From: Treponemataceae bacterium
Lineage (GTDB): Bacteria > Spirochaetota > Spirochaetia > Treponematales > Rectinemataceae
Length of the DNA: 64,000 bases
Direction: 5' to 3'
NCBI GenBank assembly: GCA_963667725.2
Contig: CAXXHO010000003.1
Location: 2,112,001 to 2,176,000, forward strand
Both the position numbers and the translations under genes were made by a program. This document shows positions 1 to 9,915 of this stretch, piece by piece; position 1 is the stretch's first letter, and each line of letters begins with the position of its first letter. The notes below the pieces were generated by a model. It had not been told where the DNA came from and did not search any database. It saw nothing but the letters and a program-made list of their open reading frames with translations.

Positions 1-1116
1 GTATACCGCAAAAGCCTTGCGCGAAGGCCAATAGAAAGAGGGCATCTCGAAGGTAGTCAAAAGCCCCAGCTTGTCGCAAAGATAATGGAATCGCGGACTC
101 TCTATTTTTTCGTGGATGCGCGCGCCATTGAAGCCCATGTTTTTCAGGGCAAGAATATCATCCACGAAAGCATCGACGGTTTTGGGGCTGTAGCCGCCTC
201 CGGGGTAGTACCCCTGAACGAGAGCCATGCGAAGGAATACCGATTCGCCATTGAGGAATAGGCCGTTGTCGCGCGCTTCAATGCGCCTCAAACCGAAATA
301 GCTTTCAACGACATCCATCTCGCGCTGGCCCGACAAAAGTCGGTACGTTATGCGATACAGCTGGGGCTTTTCAGGCGACCAGGGGAATTCGCCTGTTTCA
401 TCGAAGGAAAGTCCGCACAGGAACGAACCGTCGCCTTCGAGGCCGGCTTCCCTGACAAGGCGCGCGCCGTCGGGCGTCTCTATCTCGACGGAGAGCCTCG
501 CCGCGCCGTCAGCCGGATTCACATTGGCCAATACCGAAAAGCGGCGCGCGCCGAAATCCGCCCTCACCCGGGCGCTTACAAGCCCGATGGGTCCCGTGCG
601 CTCGAGCCAAACCGATTGCCAGATGCCGGCATAACCGGAATACCACACGAAAAAAGGCTTGCGCAGGAAGGTCTGCTTGCCTCTTGCCTGTCCGGGATTA
701 CGCGAGTCGCGCACGATTATTTCGAGCCTGTTCTCGCCGGGTTTCGCCGCGGCTGTTATCTCAAAACGGAAAGAGGCATAGCCGCCGATGTGATGGCCTA
801 TGCCTATCCCGTTCACGATTACTTCGGTTTCATAATCGGCGGCTCCAACGTTAAGGAAGAGTCTGTCGCCGCCGAAAGCGCCATCCAGGCTGAAGCTTCT
901 GGAATAGGCGAAAGTCCCCGATTCCGGAAAATCGACGCCTGAGGCATCGCTGCCCACGGGGAATGGCACGACTATATCAGCCGCCCTGCCCTTGTGCCGA
1001 ATCCGCCAGGTTCCGTCGAGGGAAACCCAGTTCGGTCTGGCCCATGCCGGATTGGGATGATCAGGAACAATATCGATATTCATATCGTAACCGCCGGATT
1101 TATGTATGTCTTCCAT
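1..1116 (-). CDS. Glycoside hydrolase family 2 (beta-galactosidase/glucuronidase-like), N-terminal part; runs off the window edge
   Basis: Manual translation, absent from the ORF track: HPNPAWARPNWVSLDGTW, VGAADYETEVIVNG...HIGGYASF, GIWQSVWLE, WSPEKPQLY, YFGLRRIE, KNMGFNGARIHEK, YLCDKLGLL are GH2 sugar-binding and TIM-barrel motifs. Alternative ATG at 1083. Confidence 0.9.
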   Translation of the reverse strand, partial: MEDIHKSGGYDMNIDIVPDHPNPAWARPNWVSLDGTWRIRHKGRAADIVVPFPVGSDASGVDFPESGTFAYSRSFSLDGAFGGDRLFLNVGAADYETEVIVNGIGIGHHIGGYASFRFEITAAAKPGENRLEIIVRDSRNPGQARGKQTFLRKPFFVWYSGYAGIWQSVWLERTGPIGLVSARVRADFGARRFSVLANVNPADGAARLSVEIETPDGARLVREAGLEGDGSFLCGLSFDETGEFPWSPEKPQLYRITYRLLSGQREMDVVESYFGLRRIEARDNGLFLNGESVFLRMALVQGYYPGGGYSPKTVDAFVDDILALKNMGFNGARIHEKIESPRFHYLCDKLGLLTTFEMPSFYWPSRKAFAVY

Positions 1117-1127
1117 GAAGTCTGGAA

Positions 1128-2588
1128 TTAATCTTTCATCGAGTCGATGGCCTTCCAGCCATCGATCATCGCTCGGTCGGCGGATTTCTGCCTCGCGTCT
1201 AAATCGGACAACCTGGACTCGAAGGTTTTCAGCGAATTCTCAGCTTCCCGATAGACAAGGCTCATTCCATCGGCAGCGGGACCACCCTCGGTTCGCCTCA
1301 CTTCAACGAAATGCCAAGGTTCGAGAATCGCGTCGATTTCCGCGTCCTGCCAGGGCAAGACCCGCCCTATCCTGTCGTAGAAAGTACTCCGAAGGATTTC
1401 CTTGTTTTGTCCCGATCGGATAAAAGCGGCGCATATGCCGTGAGCGGCGCGAAACCCGATGCCAAATCGCCTGACCATGGCGTCGGCAAGCTCCGTCGTT
1501 GTCACTCCGAACTGGAGCGCTATGGCCCTCGCTCGTTCGGGGTTGGCTTTCATGCCGGCGAAGATCGCTTCCGCGAGATCGATCGCGGAGAGAGCATAGG
1601 AAAATGCCTGCAGCAACTGGGACACGGGCGCGTCGGCCGCTTCGTTGACGTCCTGATACGGCACGTTGCGATACAAATCCTCGATGGTCGCGCAAAGCCC
1701 GATAGTCTGCCCCGCCTGAATGCGCAAATGCTCGATGATGACGGGGTTTCGCTTCTGCGGCATGATCGAGGATATCTGCACCAAGTCGTCGGGAAAATCG
1801 TATAGCCCCACTTCGCACGATGCCTTGTGCGACAGATCGGCCGCGAATCTTCCAAGATCCAGCATGAGGGCATGCAGCGCCTGGGCAGGTTTCGTCAGCC
1901 AATGGGAGGTGGCGATCGCCTGGTAACTGTTGGACACGAATCCCCGCGTTCCCAGCAGTTCGGCCACTCTCCCCCTGTCGACGGGAAAGCCCGTGCCGGT
2001 TATGGCGCAGGCGCCGAGCGTCGATCTGTCCACGTCCGAGAGCGCCATGAAAAGATCTTCGCCATCAGCGAGCAAGTCGAGGAGAAGGGCCGAAAGGTAA
2101 TGAGCTGTCGTGGAAGGATTGGCCGGTTGGCCGTGCGTATACAGGACAGTCAATTCCTTTTCGCCCAGACGGCAGCGCCGCAGGAGACGCTCGCAGCCTG
2201 CCGTAAAAGTGCGGAGGAATTCGATCATTACGCGTTTGAGTGCGAGGCGGAACACCGTGGTATCCATGTCATTGCGGCTGCGCGCTGTATGGAGCCACGC
2301 GGCATTTTCCTCGCCGGCGACATCGCCCAACTCTTTTTCGAAAAGGAAATAGAGGTCCTCGACGCCTTCGGGTATGCGATCGGGAGCGACAAATCCGGCT
2401 TCCGCTTTTTCGATACCGATTTTCAGGGACTTCGCCACTTCCGGCGCGATGATCTTCGTTTCGGCCAGCATGCATAGGTGCGCGCGATGCACGCGCAGCG
2501 AATCCTCCTGATAGAAGTCTTTCCAGTTTGCGAAGGCAGGGTTCAGGACTCTGTCGACATAGACCTTGGCGAAAGCGCCGCCGCTCAT
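1128..2588 (-). CDS. Argininosuccinate lyase-family (fumarase/aspartase superfamily) protein, divergent ArgH paralog
   Basis: HTARSRND, YTHGQPANP and the SSIMPQKRNP signature; located in a catabolic ABC operon. Confidence 0.85.
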   Translation of the reverse strand: MSGGAFAKVYVDRVLNPAFANWKDFYQEDSLRVHRAHLCMLAETKIIAPEVAKSLKIGIEKAEAGFVAPDRIPEGVEDLYFLFEKELGDVAGEENAAWLHTARSRNDMDTTVFRLALKRVMIEFLRTFTAGCERLLRRCRLGEKELTVLYTHGQPANPSTTAHYLSALLLDLLADGEDLFMALSDVDRSTLGACAITGTGFPVDRGRVAELLGTRGFVSNSYQAIATSHWLTKPAQALHALMLDLGRFAADLSHKASCEVGLYDFPDDLVQISSIMPQKRNPVIIEHLRIQAGQTIGLCATIEDLYRNVPYQDVNEAADAPVSQLLQAFSYALSAIDLAEAIFAGMKANPERARAIALQFGVTTTELADAMVRRFGIGFRAAHGICAAFIRSGQNKEILRSTFYDRIGRVLPWQDAEIDAILEPWHFVEVRRTEGGPAADGMSLVYREAENSLKTFESRLSDLDARQKSADRAMIDGWKAIDSMKD

Positions 2589-3583
2589 AGTGAAGCCCCT
2601 CCGAATCCGAGAAGCGCGGCGGCATTCCGGAAGAGAACCTGATCGCGCTCGTCTTCGGAATAACCGACATCAGCCATCGCCCTTACCTGCACGTCCAGGT
2701 AGGCCTGCGCGAATCCTCGGGGAAACCAGGACGAGTCCGTCCCGAAAATTATGCGCGATGCGCCAATCGTCTCTCGATACTTTCTGAAAAGGCTTTCAAG
2801 TGTCACCTCGTACGGCATCCAGCGCATCCATTGATTGGATCCGGAAGTGTCGATGTACACATTGGGGCAAGCCCAGCAGAGGTTGAGCGTCTCGAAGACA
2901 TAACCGCAGCCGAAATGCGGCACTATTATCGGGATTCGCGGAAAGCGCTTGGCCACATCGTGGATTGAGAGCGGATTTATATTCATGTGCGAGGCGATGC
3001 CGCCCGCCCCTCCCATTATGCCGAAATGGAAAAGGATCGGGATGCCCAACGACTGCGCGCAGTCCCAGAGCGGATCGAAAGAAGGATCCGATAGCGACTT
3101 GTCCACTTTCGGCGCGAGGATCTTGTAACCTTTGAGACCGTCTTTCCTGACGGCGTTTTCGAGTCTCTCGGGCGCGTCGGGAAGCAGGGGATCGTGATGA
3201 GCGTAGGCGATGAAATGATCGGGGTGCCTGCCGACGAGTTCGGAAGCGAAGCTGTTGCTTCCCGCGGTGACGAACACCACCGCTTTCAGATAATCATATT
3301 TTTCAGTCTCCGAGACCCAGAGCCGCTCACCTTCTTCTCGGCTTACTTTCCGCGAAGCCGAGAAGCGCCAGGCCGCTTCCCACCGAGCCTTCTCCGAATC
3401 CAGCCAAGCCTCGGCCTTGCCGGGCGCCGAAAGCGACGCGTCCACGGCCTCTCCCGCAGCCTTCCCCGCGGCTGACGCCGATCGGCCTGATGTATAACCG
3501 GTGCCGACGGATTCTCCTCCAGCCTTGCCGTCATCTATAATCTTGTCTTCGGGAAAATGAATATGCGAATCGATCACGCGCAT
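2585..3583 (-). CDS. Amidohydrolase family protein (Amidohydro_2-like)
   Basis: IDSHIHF metal motif, ILFHFG, IVPHFG, NVYIDTSG, IIFGTDS; 4-bp overlap with the lyase gene. Confidence 0.85.
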   Translation of the reverse strand: MRVIDSHIHFPEDKIIDDGKAGGESVGTGYTSGRSASAAGKAAGEAVDASLSAPGKAEAWLDSEKARWEAAWRFSASRKVSREEGERLWVSETEKYDYLKAVVFVTAGSNSFASELVGRHPDHFIAYAHHDPLLPDAPERLENAVRKDGLKGYKILAPKVDKSLSDPSFDPLWDCAQSLGIPILFHFGIMGGAGGIASHMNINPLSIHDVAKRFPRIPIIVPHFGCGYVFETLNLCWACPNVYIDTSGSNQWMRWMPYEVTLESLFRKYRETIGASRIIFGTDSSWFPRGFAQAYLDVQVRAMADVGYSEDERDQVLFRNAAALLGFGGASL

Positions 3584-3628
3584 GAATTACCATCCTTGAA
3601 TGAATCGGGATTGGCCCCAGCCCCAATC

Positions 3629-4501
3629 TCAGCCCTTGAGGCCGGTCATCGCAATGCCTTTCACGATCTGTTTCTGGAAAATCAGGAAAATGATGACGAG
3701 CGGTAGCATCGCCACTGTCGCTCCCGTCATGATGTAATGCCAATCGCTGCCCGCCTCGCCTGAAAAATTGGCGAGACCCACCGGCAAGGTGAACATTTTA
3801 GGCCTGGATGCGGCGATGAGAGGCCAGAGGAATGAATTCCAGTTGCCGATGAAATTGAATATCGCCAGCGTAGCCAAGGCCGGACTGACCAGGGGTATGA
3901 CGACGGTGAGGAATATACGTAGTTCGCCTTGCCCGTCCACGCGAGCCGCGTCGATCAGGTCGTCGGGAATCGTCGACATGAACTGCCGCATCAGGTAAAC
4001 GCCGAATGCGCTGATCATGCCGGGAAACATTATCGCCCAATATGTGTTGCCCCATTTCATCGCGCGCGACATGGCATACCAGGGAATGACGAGCATTTCG
4101 GTGGGTATCATCAGCGTGCTTATTATCAGGAGAAATATGATCTTCTTGCCCGGAAAGCGGAATTTGGAGAGCGTATAACCTAGAAGGGAATCGAAAAAAA
4201 GGACGGAAATGGTCGTCGAAACGGCGACGATGGCCGAATTCAAAAACCAGCGCGGAAACTTGGAACCTTCGGAAAACAAGATGTATTTATAGTTTTCCAG
4301 CGTAGGGGCCGAAGGAAACAGTTTCATCTGGAATATTTGCGTGACGTCCTTGAAGCTCGACATGAGCATCCAGAGAAAGGGGAATATCATGACGATCGCG
4401 AAGAAGACAAGAATGAGATAAGCGGAAGCGATGCCTGCGTTCCGTCGCAGGAATATTCTGTTTTTCATGACCGCCATCTTAGTAGTTAACCTTGCGGTCA
4501 A
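3629..4501 (-). CDS. Carbohydrate ABC transporter permease (MalG-like)
   Basis: Multiple transmembrane segments, EAA-loop variant LIDAARVDG, WNSFLWPLI; real start may be 4469. Confidence 0.9.
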   Translation of the reverse strand: MTARLTTKMAVMKNRIFLRRNAGIASAYLILVFFAIVMIFPFLWMLMSSFKDVTQIFQMKLFPSAPTLENYKYILFSEGSKFPRWFLNSAIVAVSTTISVLFFDSLLGYTLSKFRFPGKKIIFLLIISTLMIPTEMLVIPWYAMSRAMKWGNTYWAIMFPGMISAFGVYLMRQFMSTIPDDLIDAARVDGQGELRIFLTVVIPLVSPALATLAIFNFIGNWNSFLWPLIAASRPKMFTLPVGLANFSGEAGSDWHYIMTGATVAMLPLVIIFLIFQKQIVKGIAMTGLKG

Positions 4502-5366
4502 GGAATTTCATCTGAAAAAGCGTGACCGCCATGATGATCGCGAACAGGATTATGCTCGCGCTTCCCGCCTGCGCCATTTCGAAATTGGTGAAGGCTTTCT
4601 GATAAATATAGAGCGCCGCGGATTTCGTTGAATCCAAGGGTCCGCCCATGGCCTGCATGGACATGTTGTAAACCTGCGTGAAGATGCGCAGGAACTGGAT
4701 GCCTTCCATCACGATGAGAAAGAAGGTGATGGGCGCCAATAGAGGAATGGTAACCTTGAAGAGGACTTGATGGGCCTTGGCTCCGTCGATCCTGGCGGCT
4801 TCGTTCAACTCTTTAGGAATGGTCTGGAGGCCGGCCAGGAATATCGTGGAACAATAGCCGAGTTCTACCCAGACGTTGACGCCCAATATCGAGGGCAGGG
4901 CCTGCGTCGTGCTGTTCAGGAACTCTCCGGCGGGAATTCCTACGGCCACGAGCATCGCGTTGATGACGCCAAGCGGGGGAGCCTGGTACATCCAGCGCCA
5001 AACCCAGCTGACCGCCACCACCGGCGTGATATACGGAAGCACATAGATGAGGCGGAACAGCCCCTTGCCTTTCGGAATGAGATCCAGGAGAAGAGCTACG
5101 CAAAGACTCAGGACTATGACGATCGGCGCCCCAAAAATCGCATAACGCAAGGTATTGCCCAACGCTTTTTGGAATACGGGATCGGCGATGACCGTCCGGT
5201 AATTTTCAATGCCGATGAATTTGATCACCTTGCGCAGCAAGCCCCAATCCGTGAAGCTCATCGCCATCATATAGAGCATGGGGCCAAAACGGACGCATAT
5301 GAAGAAGACCAAAGGAATGGCGAGGAATGAGTAAGCCGTAACGGATCTGCGGGTAGCCAATGTCAT
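4479..5366 (-). CDS. Carbohydrate ABC transporter permease (MalF/UgpA-like)
   Basis: EAARIDGA motif, FIGIENY, multiple transmembrane segments. Confidence 0.9.
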   Translation of the reverse strand: MTLATRRSVTAYSFLAIPLVFFICVRFGPMLYMMAMSFTDWGLLRKVIKFIGIENYRTVIADPVFQKALGNTLRYAIFGAPIVIVLSLCVALLLDLIPKGKGLFRLIYVLPYITPVVAVSWVWRWMYQAPPLGVINAMLVAVGIPAGEFLNSTTQALPSILGVNVWVELGYCSTIFLAGLQTIPKELNEAARIDGAKAHQVLFKVTIPLLAPITFFLIVMEGIQFLRIFTQVYNMSMQAMGGPLDSTKSAALYIYQKAFTNFEMAQAGSASIILFAIIMAVTLFQMKFLDRKVNY

Positions 5367-5431
5367 CTAAAATTCCCCTTCGCCGATGCGCTGTCTGTCC
5401 GAATTTAAGCGGCGCCCCCTGAGCAATCCGC

Positions 5432-5466
5432 GTACGCGGCAGGAAGCCGAGTACGCGGCAGGAAGC
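5432..5466. repeat. 16-bp direct repeat GTACGCGGCAGGAAGC, two copies, in the binding protein-permease spacer
   Basis: Copies at 5432-5447 and 5451-5466. Confidence 0.7.
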
Positions 5467-5467
5467 G

Positions 5468-6715
5468 TCATTTCCAGAATTCGTCGATAAGTTTCTGCTC
5501 TTTCGCGGCGGCGTTTTTCAATGCCTGGAGGGGATCCACTTTCTTGAGGATCACCTCATCCACGGCGTCGACCATGACGTTGCGCTGGCCGGCTTCGTCG
5601 ATAAAGAGGCTCGCTTTCGCCGAAGCCAATCCATTGAGGAAAGGAAGAATGACGGGATCATTCTTGAATTTCTCAGACAGAGATGGCGTGGCGGGAAGCT
5701 CGCCTACGCGCTGAAGCCAGAGCTCCTGCACTTCGGGGGAGGTGATGTACTTGAGGAATTTTATGGAAGCGTCCAACTTCTTCCCCTTGACACCGTCTAC
5801 GATGCCATGCGTCCAGTACGAAGCATAATTGGATTTTATCCCCTTGTTGCTGGGCAGTTCCGCGACACCCCACTCGAGATCCTTGACGGCGTTGAGGGTG
5901 GCGATGCGGAACGAACCGTCGATATTCATCGCGGCCTTGCCGGCCTTGAATGCGGTTACGTCGTCGGTGGCGAAGTTCGGATAGCCGACTTTATCCTTCG
6001 TGATGAGGTCGGTGTACCACTTCAGCGCTTCGGCGCCCTTGGCGTCCGCGTAGGTTACCTTTCGGTAATCGCTGCTGTAGGGCACGTTTCCGAACTGGCG
6101 GGTAAGCACTTCGCGAATCCAGGAATGTCCCTGCCCGGTAGGCTGCATCGCGAGACCGGCCTGTATCAGGTTGCCCTGGTTGTCGTACTTGGAGAGCTTC
6201 CTGGCGTAGGCGGCCAGCTCGTCGAGGGTTTTAGGCGCCGCATTGGGATTCAATCCGGCTTCCTTGAACAATTTCTTGTTCCAGATTAGGGCCAGCGTGC
6301 GTACCGCCGTCGGGGCGGAGTAGTACTTGCCGCCGAAATCCACGGACTCGGCCACGAAGGGATAGTAGGTTTTATCGAAATAAGCCTTGTTGAAATCGGT
6401 TTTCGGCAGCTCCTGCAGATAGCCGGCCTTTACGTACATGGGCAGCCATCCATAAAAGAGCGTGATCACATCCGGACCTTCGCCCGCGGGGATGGAGGCG
6501 GCGACCTTCTGGTTGAAAGATTCATAGGGGAACGTTACCTGTTCAACCTTAATCCCTGGGTTGGCTTTTTCGAAGTTCTTGATGAGTTCGTCGACAAGCT
6601 TGACTTTCGACTCGTAGAAATACTGCCAATACGTGATGGTGACGGTTTCCGCGCCGATTCCGGCTACGGCCGCCAGCAGGGCGATGAGCAGGATCGCTGA
6701 TCTGATTCGCTTCAT
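5468..6715 (-). CDS. Extracellular solute-binding protein of a carbohydrate (CUT1) ABC transporter
   Basis: Signal peptide, FEKANPGIKV, GEGPDV, LIWNKKLFKEAGL. Confidence 0.9.
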   Translation of the reverse strand: MKRIRSAILLIALLAAVAGIGAETVTITYWQYFYESKVKLVDELIKNFEKANPGIKVEQVTFPYESFNQKVAASIPAGEGPDVITLFYGWLPMYVKAGYLQELPKTDFNKAYFDKTYYPFVAESVDFGGKYYSAPTAVRTLALIWNKKLFKEAGLNPNAAPKTLDELAAYARKLSKYDNQGNLIQAGLAMQPTGQGHSWIREVLTRQFGNVPYSSDYRKVTYADAKGAEALKWYTDLITKDKVGYPNFATDDVTAFKAGKAAMNIDGSFRIATLNAVKDLEWGVAELPSNKGIKSNYASYWTHGIVDGVKGKKLDASIKFLKYITSPEVQELWLQRVGELPATPSLSEKFKNDPVILPFLNGLASAKASLFIDEAGQRNVMVDAVDEVILKKVDPLQALKNAAAKEQKLIDEFWK

Positions 6716-6787
6716 ATTTCCTCCTTGAACAAAACGCTCGATCTAGGCAAACCGGAATCTCCAGCCTGCCGGATTGAGCCAGGGCTG

Positions 6788-6816
6788 ATTATAGTGCAGG
6801 CATTCCCCATAAGCAA
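6788..6816 (-). promoter_or_regulatory. Sigma70-type promoter for the ABC/catabolic operon
   Basis: Minus strand reads TTGCTT-N17-TATAAT. Confidence 0.6.
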
Positions 6817-6907
6817 GTTTACGCGCATGAATGCGCGCGGTGACGATATCTCGCGTGGAGGCCTGCTCCCATTGCCCATGGTGGCGCCCGCGCTGTATTT
6901 TAACGGC

Positions 6908-8143
6908 ATGACCATACCTACCATAAAGCTTAAGCCGAGGGAAGAGATTCGCATCCGCCATGGGCATCCCTGGATTTACGATAACGAAATCGCGCTGGTG
7001 GAAGGCAATCCTGAAGCCGGAGCAGAAGTAAGCGCCCTGGATTCCAGAGGCAAGCCTTTGGGATTCGGATTTTACAATCCCGTTTCCAAGATACGCGTGC
7101 GTCTTTTTTCCAGAAGCTCGGTCAAGGCGGATAAGGAATTTTTCGTCGAGGCTTTCAGGACAGCCCTGGCATGGAGGGCGCGATTTTTCGATACGGAAAA
7201 GCAGAGTTTCCGCGCCGTATTCGGAGAGGCCGATTCAGTGCCTGGGCTGATTGTGGATCTCTTTACGGGGATCTCGGAGGGCGATGCTTCGACTGCCGGC
7301 TCTGAACCCGGTCTGCCGGGGCGCTGGCTTTCCACCCAATTCCTGAGCCTTGGCGTTGAGCGGCGAAAGACGGAGATCATCGCCGCGCTTCAGGAAGTGT
7401 TTTCTCCCGATGGCATAGCGGAACGCTCCGACGCGCCCGTGCGGGCTCTGGAGGGGCTGGCCCCATCATCAGGCGTGATTGCCGGCTCGGTCCCGCAATC
7501 GATAATCATGGATGAAAATGGCGCCAAGTTCTCGATAGATATAGCGGGAGGACAAAAGACGGGCTGGTTCCTGGACCAGAGGGCTAACCGCGCCGCGGCG
7601 GCCCGCTTCGCCGCGGGCAAGACCGTCCTGGACGTCTTCTGCAACCAGGGCGGCTTCGGCATCCTCTGCGCGCTTTCCGGCGCGAAGAGCGTTACCGCGG
7701 TCGATTCCTCGACAGGAGCCCTGGCCGCCGCGTCGCTCAACGCGAGGCTCAATGGCGTCGCCTCAACCTTCGCCACGGTCGAGGCCAATGCCTTTGACCA
7801 TCTCAGGGCGCTCGAAAAAAGCGGCTCGAAATTCGATCTCGTCATCCTCGATCCGCCGGCTTTCGCCAAAAGCCGTTCGGCGGTGGAAGCCGCCTATCGC
7901 GGCTACAAGGAAATCAACGTGAGGGCGATGCGGCTCCTCGGCCACGGCGGCATCCTCGTCACCTGTTCCTGTTCGCATTGGTTCGACGAAAATCTTTTCG
8001 ATTCGATGCTCGCCGATGCCGCTTTCGATTGCGGGCGCCGCTTCCGCGTCGTGGAAGACCGCGCGCAGGATCTGGATCACCCCATCATTTCGGGATATGG
8101 CGAATCGCGCTATCTCAAGTGCAGGATACTCGAGGTTCTATAG
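6908..8143 (+). CDS. rlmI: RlmI-like class I SAM-dependent rRNA methyltransferase (PUA plus methyltransferase domains)
   Basis: GHPWIYDNEI, GEADSVPGLIVD, GQKTGWFLDQR, VILDPPAFAK, TCSCS; start placed at ATG 6908. Confidence 0.85.
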   Translation: MTIPTIKLKPREEIRIRHGHPWIYDNEIALVEGNPEAGAEVSALDSRGKPLGFGFYNPVSKIRVRLFSRSSVKADKEFFVEAFRTALAWRARFFDTEKQSFRAVFGEADSVPGLIVDLFTGISEGDASTAGSEPGLPGRWLSTQFLSLGVERRKTEIIAALQEVFSPDGIAERSDAPVRALEGLAPSSGVIAGSVPQSIIMDENGAKFSIDIAGGQKTGWFLDQRANRAAAARFAAGKTVLDVFCNQGGFGILCALSGAKSVTAVDSSTGALAAASLNARLNGVASTFATVEANAFDHLRALEKSGSKFDLVILDPPAFAKSRSAVEAAYRGYKEINVRAMRLLGHGGILVTCSCSHWFDENLFDSMLADAAFDCGRRFRVVEDRAQDLDHPIISGYGESRYLKCRILEVL

Positions 8144-8428
8144 CACCATCGTCTTCGACACTTCCTCGAGATAGACCCCGAAGAGGCGCGAGAGCTGCGA
8201 GGCATCCGTGTATCTGGTGCCGGCCTTGGTGTTAAAATAATCGATGAAGGCTTTCATCTCATCGGGCTTTTTAGAATATAGAGCCGAAGAAAAAGCGGCC
8301 CTGTACAGCCCCTTCTCCGCCAGCTCCATCGTGCTCAGCTTTCCGAATTCCTTTTTCGCCTTTCCGTCGACGACGGCGACCGCCCCTTCAAAACCTATGG
8401 CGAATATAAAGTCTTCCCTTGTGATCAA
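8138..8428 (-). CDS. Hypothetical protein
   Basis: 96-aa ORF with TTG start after a GGGAG ribosome-binding site; plausible composition. Confidence 0.7.
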   Translation of the reverse strand: MITREDFIFAIGFEGAVAVVDGKAKKEFGKLSTMELAEKGLYRAAFSSALYSKKPDEMKAFIDYFNTKAGTRYTDASQLSRLFGVYLEEVSKTMVL

Positions 8429-8492
8429 GATACTATCTCCCCCGCGCTTGCGGCATTCGGCAATGTTGCGGCGCGACCACCGCCTGAAAAAT

Positions 8493-8522
8493 AAAAAATG
8501 GGGGCCCGACGAAGGCCCCCAT
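8493..8522 (-). terminator. Intrinsic terminator after rubredoxin
   Basis: ATGGGGGCC...GGCCCCCAT hairpin followed by a T-run on the minus strand. Confidence 0.75.
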
Positions 8523-8545
8523 AAGTATACCGCGACGTTCGACGC

Positions 8546-8707
8546 TTAGTCAGCGGGGGAGAATGAATCCTTCCCAGCTCCGCACATCGGGCAAACCCAA
8601 TCGTCGGGAAGGCTTTCGAAAGAGGTTCCCGCGGGAATCTTGCCATCGGCATCGCCTTCGGCCGGATCATAGATGTAGCCGCACACTTCGCAAACATACT
8701 TCTTCAT
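8546..8707 (-). CDS. Rubredoxin (53 aa; below the ORF-track cutoff)
   Basis: [53 protein letters not shown] with two CxxCG motifs; AAGGAG ribosome-binding site. Confidence 0.95.
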   Translation of the reverse strand: MKKYVCEVCGYIYDPAEGDADGKIPAGTSFESLPDDWVCPMCGAGKDSFSPAD

Positions 8708-8738
8708 ATTTTCTCCTTATAGTGGGATATGATGAGCT

Positions 8739-9113
8739 TCAGGCCTTCCACAGGCCATGGAGATTGCAGTATTCGCGCGCCGTGGCTTTTTCCGCCTTGA
8801 TGGGGAAGAAGGCCCTGGGCTGATCTCCGGGCTTCAGTTCAGCCCTGCATACCTTGTCTCCGGCGATGAGTTCGATCCACTGAATATAATGCTTTTCCTC
8901 CATGGGATGAAGCACGGAGCCCACGGTTACCCACCAGCCTTCCGCGGATTTTTCCAGAACGGGAACATGTTTTTCCTTGGATGCGTCGACGGTGTTCTCA
9001 ACCACGAGCTTCATCGGCTTCCCGCAGCAGATGAGTTCGCCTCCGCCGGCGAAAAGCACTTCCACTATATTGCCGCATTCTTCGCATTTGTAAATCTGTT
9101 TCTTCTCGATCAT
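8739..9113 (-). CDS. dfx: Desulfoferrodoxin (2Fe superoxide reductase)
   Basis: YKCEECGN...[28 protein letters not shown]. Confidence 0.95.
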   Translation of the reverse strand: MIEKKQIYKCEECGNIVEVLFAGGGELICCGKPMKLVVENTVDASKEKHVPVLEKSAEGWWVTVGSVLHPMEEKHYIQWIELIAGDKVCRAELKPGDQPRAFFPIKAEKATAREYCNLHGLWKA

Positions 9114-9158
9114 GATATCCTCCTACGAAAGGTAAGGAGCGATTCGACGGCAGCTGGA

Positions 9159-9734
9159 TTACCAGTTTTCGCCGAGCACTTCAAAATAGGACTGGGGATG
9201 GGCGCAGGCGGGGCAGACCTTGGGGGCGCTTTCGCCTTCATAGATGAATCCGCAGTTGATGCACCTCCAGACGGTCGGCTTGTCCTTCTTGAATACGCTG
9301 CCGGCGTCGATGTTGGCGGCCAGCCCTTCATAGCGTTTCGCGTGCTGTTTTTCGGCGACGGCGATCATCTCGAATACCGTCGCGATGGCGTCAAAACCTT
9401 CCTCGCGGGCAACCTTGGCGAATCCAGGATACATTTCCTTCCATTCGTAGTTTTCGCCGCCGGCGGCTTCCTCGAGGTTCTGCCTCGTCGTTCCGATGAT
9501 CCCAGAGGGGAAAGTTCCCGTGATCGTGGCGGTTCCCCCTTCCATAAACTTGAAAAGCCTTTTGGCGTGCTCTTTTTCCTGATTCGCGGTTTCTTCGAAT
9601 ATAAGGGAGATCTGAACGTAGCCTTCTTCCTTGGCTTTCGAGGCAAAATACGTATATCGGTTTCTTGCCTGGGATTCCCCGGCAAATCCTGCCATCAAAT
9701 TGATTTCGGTCTTCGAGCCTTTGATACTTTTCAT
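9159..9734 (-). CDS. rbr: Rubrerythrin
   Basis: FAGESQARNRY, EKEHA, EKQH, C-terminal CINCG...CPAC. Confidence 0.95.
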   Translation of the reverse strand: MKSIKGSKTEINLMAGFAGESQARNRYTYFASKAKEEGYVQISLIFEETANQEKEHAKRLFKFMEGGTATITGTFPSGIIGTTRQNLEEAAGGENYEWKEMYPGFAKVAREEGFDAIATVFEMIAVAEKQHAKRYEGLAANIDAGSVFKKDKPTVWRCINCGFIYEGESAPKVCPACAHPQSYFEVLGENW

Positions 9735-9915
9735 TTCCGACCTCCTGGATCAGTTTTGGATAGTTGATGATAGCCTGAAGTCAACGCTCCGTCAGTATGC
9801 ACAGTATAAAGCCATTATATCGGCTTTGGAATATCATCGCAATAAAATTACCGGGTTTTATGAGAAATAGAATCGCCAGTCCCGTCTATGCGCGTAGTGA
9901 GGGTGGAGCGTGCCA

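Noticed and set aside
5432..5466. CRISPR-like repeat
   Set aside because: Only two 16-bp copies 3 bp apart, with no spacers or cas genes.
9800..9870. PerR/Fur box upstream of rubrerythrin
   Set aside because: Only a weak AT-rich resemblance with no convincing palindrome.
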